Source of the DNA: Eledone cirrhosa
Lineage: Eukaryota
NCBI GenBank assembly: GCA_964016885.1
Contig: OZ024747.1
Coordinates: 90,520,001 to 90,584,000, forward strand
DNA length: 64,000 nt
Direction: 5' to 3'
Shown here: positions 54,601 to 64,000 of the stretch, piece after piece
How positions within the stretch are numbered: position 1 is the stretch's first letter
Layout: each line of letters opens with the position of its first letter
The notes under the pieces: generated by a model
What the model was told of the DNA's origin: nothing
Databases searched by the model: none
What the model saw: only the letters and a program-made list of their open reading frames with translations
Position numbers and translations under genes: made by a program

Positions 54601-56106
54601 ATAAATATAAAATATTTAGTAACCCATGCACAAACAAATACATGGTAAATTTAATTTTCAGCAATTGGGATAATTTTCAATAATTACATGCTTATTTTCA
54701 ATAATTATAGTTGTTGTTATTGTTGTATTTTTAGATGTACAAATAATACAGCTAATGATTATACCATATACCACAAAACATAAACATATATTTATGGATA
54801 TAGCATTCTAATTTAGATACCAACATCACTATGAGATATTAAATACCAACATCAGATCAGTATGATATATTAAATATCAACATCAGTAGGAGACATTATA
54901 TATCAATCATTTTCCGTCTCTGTTTATCTTATATTCCCTGAGAAATATCCCTGCCTTTATATAAACAAATCAGGTTTTTCATTATTTTTTTTCAATAATT
55001 TCTGATGTTGTTGTTATTGTCATCATTTACCTGCCAATTCAGTTCTTCACTTGGAAGTTTATAGAAAACCCTGCCAGCTTGATACAAAAGCTAGCAGCGA
55101 AAATATCTAAAAAAAAATTCAAAAGTGTTAGTGATGAAGAATGTTTTACAACAAATTGTAGCAGTGAAGAAGAGTTAACCATTGAATTAAATAGTAGCTA
55201 GCTTTTTAAAAAAAACCCACTCTTCAAAAGTAACTTCTAAAAGAATAGAGAGTTATAGAAATACTGAAGTATCTTTTAAGAGTCTTCAAATCATTAGTGT
55301 TAGATTTTAAGCATCCAAAATGCCCACCTGCCGTAGAGAATAGGTATTTGAATATAGCAAAGAAAATAGTGTATTCTGGCTATAAAGGCTGATCAGTAAG
55401 AAAGTTTGAGAGTATTTCAATTAGAAAGGGCAGTTGTGACACATTTTATAGTAGATTGATGTGATCTCACAATGCTATAGTAGTAGTTGAAGACTTTTGT
55501 TGACAATCTGATTGAAGTTAAAGTTGTATTTAAAATCCATGAGAAATACTACATGTTGGATGTTGGATTATAACAACATCAATAATAAACTAAGTACTTA
55601 ACATAGAGAACTGATGAGGACACAGAATGAAAATAAACAGAAAATGTTATTCAATAGCTTTCAGTATTGATGGGTATGGCTTTCTTGTGAAATTTTATGA
55701 GATTCTCTTTACATATGAGCTAGCAACGTAACCATTATATATTTCTATTTCATCAACTATTCACATGTTCTTATGGTTAAACAACATTTTGTATTGCTAA
55801 ATGCAAGTCAGTTTCTCTCAACAGATTCTTCTTTTATATTTTTATCTTAGTCACATTACACATCCAGCCAATCGTAGTTGGAGCGAGGTAGTTGAGTTAA
55901 CACTAAGAAACAAGACAATAAGACAATATGATAAAAGAGGTAATGTTGAAATTTCATATATAATGTTGAAATTTACATATATATTCATATATATATATTT
56001 ATATATATACATACATACATATATATATATATACATAAACATACATACATATATATACATAAACATACATACATATATATACATAAACATACATACATAT
56101 ATATAC

Positions 56107-56165
<59 letters not shown>

Positions 56166-56667
56166 CATACATATATATACATACATACATTATATATATA
56201 TATGTAATCACACATACACACATATAGATATATGTTTATATATGCATTGAATCATCTGAAATCATTCTGAAACACATGATTCCTCTGGTGGTCATATAAG
56301 AAAACATTCATTCCAGTATGGTTGACTGAGAAACCATGACAGAGCCACATAAGGAACATGGGTTCCAGTCAGTAATGCTTTCAGTTTTCTGAACTACATT
56401 ATTCACACTTTACTCTTCAGCTGTGCTATAGACATGACAACCTCCCTAGTGTTGGTGATCCACACAATAAACAACCACTCAGTACTCTTCTGTAAAGAGC
56501 ATCCAGTCTTGGAAAACCTGCCAAACACAGGGGCAAGAAGACTCTTCAGCTATGTCAAAGACATGACAGATTCCTTAGTATTGATAGCATGATAAAATGT
56601 ACATGGTCTGTGACAACATCTCCAAACCTTGGTAGCAGGCAAAAGGATGTTAAACGATGAGGATGAT

Positions 56668-56755
56668 GATATATATATATATACATACATACATAAATAC
56701 ATATATATATATATACATACATACATACATAAATACATATATATACATACACATA

Positions 56756-56789
<34 letters not shown>

Positions 56790-56878
56790 CATATATATAT
56801 ACATATATATATACATATATATATATACATATATATATATACATATATATATACATATATATATACATATATATATAC

Positions 56879-56909
<31 letters not shown>

Positions 56910-56914
56910 CACAC

Positions 56915-56946
<32 letters not shown>

Positions 56947-56958
56947 GTGTATATATAA

Positions 56959-57008
<50 letters not shown>

Positions 57009-57085
57009 TTATATATGTATATATATATGTATATGTATATATATATGTATATATATATATGTATATATATATGTATATATATGTA
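56668..57085. repeat. Interrupted (TA)n/(TATATATATACA)n microsatellite
   Basis: Directly visible. Confidence 0.95.
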
Positions 57086-57558
57086 CAAGTGTACACTGAA
57101 GAGTCTGTTTCCCTAGAAGAGCTGTTTCACAGGCAAGTGCCCCCCCCCCCCCACTGCTGACCACACAACTATATAAAGAGGAAAGAATGTTAATTTGTCT
57201 AGCCAGACAAACACAGAGATACAATAACACATAGTCTTATTAGATTCTCACTTGATGAAAAATAAAATAAATAAATATTTCAATGTCTCAGACATTAGTC
57301 TTTCATCAGGAAAGAGCAAATTTTTAGAAAAAGAAGTTGGAAGGTTAGAGAAACAACAAAGTTTTTAGGGTGGGTGAGGAGGGCAGTGGAGTGTTTATGG
57401 TACAAAGATGGAAAACACAAACTCAATGAATGATGAGATGCACCATGGGTGTGTTGAAGTTGAAGAATTCCAACGGTGAGCCCACCGCTTTCAGTTTGTT
57501 TCCACAAGTTTTGTCAAGATAACCCTTCAAAAACCCACATATATATATATATATGTAT

Positions 57559-57731
57559 AACAAAGAAGGTGGACCAGAGTACTCGATACTTAGGGTAGTA
57601 GAGTGGGTGCAAGTAAAAGAGTCAGGACCCCGACAGCTGAGCTTCGGCCGTTTCAACAGCTAGATCCGAGTTTGGATCCAGCTGTCAAAACAGCTGGATC
57701 TCAGCTACCGGGCTCCTGACTCTTTTCCCTA
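57559..57731. mobile_element. Family C-related fold-back element, diverged hairpin
   Basis: aaaagagtcaggaccccgacagctgag ... ctcagctaccgggctcctgactctttt; tail ggtggacc..gagtactcgatactt matches 47604-47640; in (TA)n. Confidence 0.85.
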
Positions 57732-57749
57732 TATATATATGTGTATATA

Positions 57750-58096
57750 TATATATACTTACATATTATACATAAATATATTTATATTGCAGCATATATA
57801 TATATATATATATACTTACATATTATACATAAATATATTTATATTGCAGCATATATATATATATGTATATATACTTACATATTATACATAAATATATTTA
57901 TATTGCAGCATATATATATATGTATATATACTTACATATTATACATAAATATATTTATATTGCAGCATATATATATATATGTATATATACTTACATATTA
58001 TACATAAATATATTTATATTGCAGCATATATATATATATGTATATATACTTACATATTATACATAAATATATTTATATTGCAGCATATATATATAT
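57750..58096. repeat. ~58-bp minisatellite x6 with variable TA linker
   Basis: Identical core cttacatattatacataaatatatttatattgcagc six times. Confidence 0.95.
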
Positions 58097-61000
58097 GTGA
58101 GTGTGTGTTTGTGTGTATGAAGGTATGTTGGGGGGAAGCCTGCAAAGGCTATGTGCTCAGCTCTTCTTCCTCTGAGTAATTAGACTAAAGAACAGATTAT
58201 TTAGTCTATCTTGAAGAAAGTCAAAGACTTTCATTTGTTGATCATCTACTTCTGTTTTAAATAGGAATTTATTTAGGTGGCTGTAGTATCAAAGTTCATA
58301 TTTGAAGGTACCTTATATTTGAGGTCAAATTCTACCAGAATAAGTTCAATCTAGGTTAGATATATCCAAAATACCTATTGTGAGAATGTGTATGGGTGTG
58401 TGTATATGTGAGTATGTGTATGAGCATGTGTGATTGTGTGAATGAGTGTGTGTGTGTGAGTATGTATGATTGTGTATGTATAAGATTGTGTCAGCAAGTG
58501 TGCGTGATTGTGTGTATGGTTGTTCGTATGACTATGCACTTGTTTATGGAATTGAGATACATCTTTCAAACCTGAGTTACACACTGATATTACAAGTACC
58601 CTCCCACATCCTGGAATATAGTGGGTCAGATTACCTCCCTTTGAGATCCTAAGCACTTAAAATATTAGGATGCTCCCCCACCAACACATTTATATAAAGT
58701 TTGCTAAAAGAATTTTTTGGGGAAATGACAAATACATTTAATTTGAATATAATATTGCCCCTCTCTCTTTTCTAGTGCCCTAGGCTAGTGCTTATTGTGT
58801 TTAGTGTCTTATCCAGCCTTGGAAATATATAAGACAGTAGGAAAACAATTTCCTATGGTTGTACTTTTATCTCATTTGAAATTGCAGCATAAACCTAGAT
58901 AAAAAAATAAACACTGATTTTCCAAACACATTTGTAATTAACACATTTGTAATTAATTGGTAAATAAATGGTTTGATATGTTATAGTTCTATATCTAACA
59001 GTACCTAAACTGTTTTAAATTGCAGCAATTCTTATCATCCTAGTATAACTTTTATAGAAAGTCAAAAATCTTGATAATTACAGTTCACAACTAATTCATT
59101 ATAACTTGTAGATATAACCCTAATTGAGCTCTGTCTCTCTCTTTCGCTCTACTCAGAGCAGTTTAACCCACACAATTCAAATACAGTTCTTGCCAGCTCA
59201 ACATAAACTATTTAATATTAGTGTATTATGTTTATGTTCTTACTTAATTTTATTATTGTTCTGTACCCTTTAACTAAAACAAATTCCTGAGAATGTCATT
59301 CAACAAGAATACATTTAGTTGAAAGGAACAAAACCACTCTACTGCAGTTACTTCTTGATTCTACAATGTAAATTATCAGGGACCATATTCTGAGAACAGT
59401 TGAAAACTATTTCATAACAAAGTTGGACATATTATAGTCGGTCAAGAGTTCACTATTTACACCAAAAAAAAAAAGAGAAAAAAGCATATTTTAAATTATA
59501 TCTACAATACAAACTATGTTATTTTTTGTTTCTTTGTTCAAAGAAGAATCTTAATTTTTGTTTTCTACGTGTTGAATAAATTTTGTTAGCTGGATGGTAC
59601 CGGAGAGATATTTCAAGACAACCTTAGCACATTTATCCAAATACTTGATTCCATTACACAAAACCATCTAGATTATTTTTCCTGAGTAATTTGTGACAAA
59701 AAACTGTTGTATTTCACATAGTTGAAGTAAAGAAGAGCTTTACTGATAATTACTGTTTTGTCAGCAACTCTAAATATTGCTATGGTTACATTAGCTAAAC
59801 AGTCTAAAATAATTTTCTGCTTATTCAGTGGACACAGCTAAATTTGTGTAATTTCATTTCGTCAACAACATTGCAAAGACGGCCATAATGGAAGAAACAA
59901 TATAACACACACGTCTGTCAAAGACTACAACAACAAACAAAACAACATCAACAACAAACACCAGGTAAAAATCTAATGAGTTTCTATGGAATTATTAATT
60001 AAATCTTACCAAACAATTATATGATAGAACAAAACAAATCTTACCAAACAATTATATGATATAACCAAAACAACAACAACAACAAAAATAGTCAATTGGT
60101 TCACAGCTTTTGGTTCGTTGATTGTAGTTATGATTAGCCAGAAGAGATGAAGGAATGGGAGACATTCACAAATAACAGTTTACAAGTGTAAAATGCAATA
60201 GACGAAATAATAATAATAATATAATAATAGTAATAATACATAAATAAAAATAAAAATAAATTAAACAGTATCTTTATAATCTGGCATTTTAGAAGACTCT
60301 TGGATTGATTTCAAACATTGCTTATTGACTCAAAGTTTACTTTAAAATGTTCATTCTTCTAAGTTTTAGAGTAGAATCTAATAAAACAAATAAAATAATT
60401 TTGGGCAGTTCTACAATAGAATTATCTGTTCCATAGAAATTTTTCAAGAATGTTTTTTTTTTTTTTCCACCTACAATAATCAATGATAAAATAATATAGA
60501 AAAAATAGAAACTTGACTGCAACATGAAGACAAAGTATATTGGAAACTAGGATTAAAATTATACATACCCATTCTGTTTTTGACAGTAGTTGATAAAATA
60601 TCAAAGTGGTGGCAGTTTGTGGAAACAACAAAATAAACCATCACAACAGTAATAACAGAAAACTTATCAATAAAAATGGTGTAGGAGAAAAAAAAACTAC
60701 CTTTTTCGTTTAAATTGATTGACTAACAATCAGTAAATTCAGAATGTTTTGAAACAAACAACAAAAAGAACGATCTGCCTAAAGTTTGCCACCAGATGTT
60801 GGAATGTAAATTTGTATTCATAGGAAAATATTTCATAGAAACCACACTTTTTAAGGAATAGACTCAATTTTGTCATTATTATAAAGCTTAAGAGGAACAG
60901 CGTAAAATGAAGAAATTTATAACACATAAAAATAGAGTAAAAACACAGATTCAAATTTCACAACTGTTAACCCTCCCCCACATATTTTCTCTTCACCTTT

Positions 61001-64000
61001 CAGAGAATTACGAAAACCTGAGAAATGTTGCATACATGATTAAAATAGTGTTCTTGGTGATGTTTTTACTTTGGTATTTTCCAAGTTTGGGAATATTGAG
61101 ATGTGAATATATTATCCAGGTTGCAACGATAAAAGATGAAGAGAACAGAGGAAAAGAATATATATATATTTTTTCATCAACACAAACATGTTCACCTTCC
61201 TTTTTCAAAACTGCTGACAATCAAACAATATCACCATTTTCATTATATATCTGTATGTATGAGTGCATATACATGTGTGTGTATATATATATATATGTGT
61301 GTGTGTGTTTGAGAGGAGATACATATGTATATGAGTGTGGATACATATGTATAAACGCATGTCATTTTTTTTTAAATATTCTTTTATATAGATTTTTTTA
61401 AGATTTTTTTTTAGATTTTCAACTTTTCTTTTGCTAAAAAATACCACAATTTGTAATCTACCTCCAGATGGCAGTAGATAGCAACACAGGAAGAATTTTA
61501 GGCTGAATAAGTATTTAGTACATATATATTTTCTTTTCTTTATATAGATTATTTCTGTCTTTCTTATTCTTTTTACATACAATTTTTCATTAAGAATAGA
61601 GTTTAAGATCCAAGCAAGACCTGTCTTAAACATGGATTCTTCTTGTTGAATACACATATCACAAATTAATATTTTAGGGAAACAAAATTCCTGTTCTCCC
61701 TTCCTTTGCTACAAAAAGAAAAAAAGTTTAAAAACAAGTTTTTTTGAGAAAGGAAACTTTTCAGGTTCTTGACGCCCCCCCCCCCTCCTTTGTGGTTGTT
61801 TTACATCTCAGTTTTCCTGATATAATAATAATAATAATAATATTTTTGTTCTGTGGAAGTGCTTCGTCAGCCATCAGAACTAAATGGTAAGCTAGAAACA
61901 ATGAGGCCAATACTGTTGTCTTCAGGAAAGCTTACAATAAGGGAACATCCAGACTCCCCACATATGATGCTTGATTACTAATTTGGAACACATGAGCAAC
62001 ATTTAAAGACATTATTATCATTATTATTATTAGTAATAGTAGTAGAAGTAGTAGTAGTAGTATTTTTACTTTGTTTTCATCTTTTTGGTGAAGCTTAAAG
62101 TTATAGCCAGCTAAAAACCAGAAATTCAGACATATGGAATAAAAAATACATGAGTTTCAATATGGCTGAATATTAATATGAAACACTCCAAGACCAAAGC
62201 AGTATTACTGGCGTTTTGTTTTTGTTGCTGTATCTTGTTCTAATTTTCATTGAAAATATGCTTTTCCTTCAACACTTGGCTATTGTTGAACATGATGCAG
62301 AAGTCCACCCATTATTGCAAAATCACTAAACGAGAACATTAGCCAAGTTGTGAAATGTAATATATTGAGATAACAGAAAAAAAAAAAAAAAAAAAAATTT
62401 CAAAACTAGTTTACATTGTATCACTCTTGACCACACATAAACCATAAGCATTGAATATAATAGTCAATTGTATTCTATCATTCAAGTACCATAAATTTGT
62501 ACTGATTTCATTTCAACACATCCTTAATTGTGATATCTAGACATTTGCATCCTATTTCATTGTTATATTTGAATTAAGAGAGGTTTTTTGAAATTATTTA
62601 TATTTTGTTTTAAAAAAATGGTAAAAAATAAAAAGAATTCAAATTAGAAGAAAAGAATGTAAAACTTTAGTCTTTTATATTGATGTTATAATGATAAAAG
62701 TAAGATCATCCAAGTTGAACAAACAGAATTGTCCCATGGAAAATAAAATATTAAAAACTTATAGTATATGTGTGTGTGTTTGTATATATATGTATTTATA
62801 TGTACTATTATTTTTTCCAGAAAGCTTCAAACATTCTGCAATTTTCTGCCCTCAGCTAGAGAAACTGGAAAAAATAAAGTAAAATAAAATAAAACTGTGA
62901 AATGCAGAATAACTAAAGTAAATCTGCAGTTGAATATTTAATGACCTGTAAAAATATAATTCATTTCTTGTGAGATAATCAGAATTAAAACATTGGTCTT
63001 TTATTGAGGGAGTGGGGGGAGCATTTACATAAGAGATTTCCAGATTTATCCATACTTTCATCCCCAAAACTCATCATCTGGATATCAGAGTTATTATATT
63101 TAGAGAAAACATTTCATCTTTCCCCATCCCTTTTGAATTTCATTATAACAGCTATAATGTCTTTTCAAAAGTAAGGTTAATTTTTCGTTTATTGTTGTTG
63201 TTGTTTTTTTTTTATTCAATATATTTGGTTGATAAACCTTAAAGTATTTCTGGTCAATGGTTAATGGTATATTTGTGGGATTGAATGAAATAATTGAATG
63301 TAGAGAAAATTCTCCAACATAATTAACAAGAAATAAACAATATTTATAATAACCAATTCACAAATGACTTTACACATCACAGTACTACTTCAACTAATAA
63401 AACTATTATAACAAAGAAATTAATTGTTGTTTGTCTCAATAAAATTATGTAAAATATACCAAAAACATCTAACAAAATATTCCAGTTGAAACCAAAATAG
63501 AGCATGAGGCAATATCTGAAGCTAATCTGATTCTAAATGAAGATCAACAAAGAAATACTGCTTTCTTGCCATATTACTAACAACAGAAGTTGTTAAAACA
63601 AACTATGATAAACTGTTATGATTTACCTGAACTATGTACACTGGAGGAAACGGAACATAAGAATTGGTAAAGAAGTTTGGAATCTTTTTTTTTTTTTTCG
63701 TTTTGTTTTACTCAGAGTAGATTGCAAATGAGTTTTCAAATTAACTACCAATTTTATAATGCCTGAGTTTAGAATTTTCTCTTTAAGAACTGCTTTGGTT
63801 AGGCTCCATTAGGAAGAGAAAGGGAAGATTAATAAGTGAAATACAAAAGCAAATTAGACTTCTTTTTAGAATTATATAAGAAATAAATTAGAAAGAAAAT
63901 TATCTTGGAACTCAAGAGAGTAACTCCATCCTTTTCAGAAAGAAAATATCTGATTGAAAATTTAGACTTATGAATAAACACCTCATGATTTTTGACACCA

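Overview
Very AT-rich, repeat-dominated animal DNA. The SINE/LINE repertoire and huge (TA)n tracts suggest an octopus or related cephalopod (inference). No protein-coding gene is confidently recognisable: almost all listed ORFs come from microsatellites, the N gap or decayed LINEs. The window opens with a 37/45-bp palindromic satellite (1-1520) and has a 200-N gap (26054-26253). It also holds many tRNA-derived SINEs, six TTAA-flanked piggyBac-type MITEs, a hAT-type MITE and decayed RTE-, R4/Dong-, CR1- and Penelope-like fragments. The most striking signal is a set of at least six sequence-distinct short non-coding elements carrying type I hammerhead ribozyme (HHR) motifs, resembling Penelope-like terminal repeats. 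They sit in (TA)n tracts and are repeatedly arranged as head-to-head fold-back duplications. Highlights are a ~970-bp near-perfect palindrome with four HHR motifs (42266-43233), an HHR with the compensatory U3-A8 core (41864-41953), stem I covariation between copies, recurrent breakpoints inside the ribozyme and a shared TTGAGTRC tail motif. Family labels A-G are my own. Coordinates were read by eye, and boundaries of decayed repeats are approximate.
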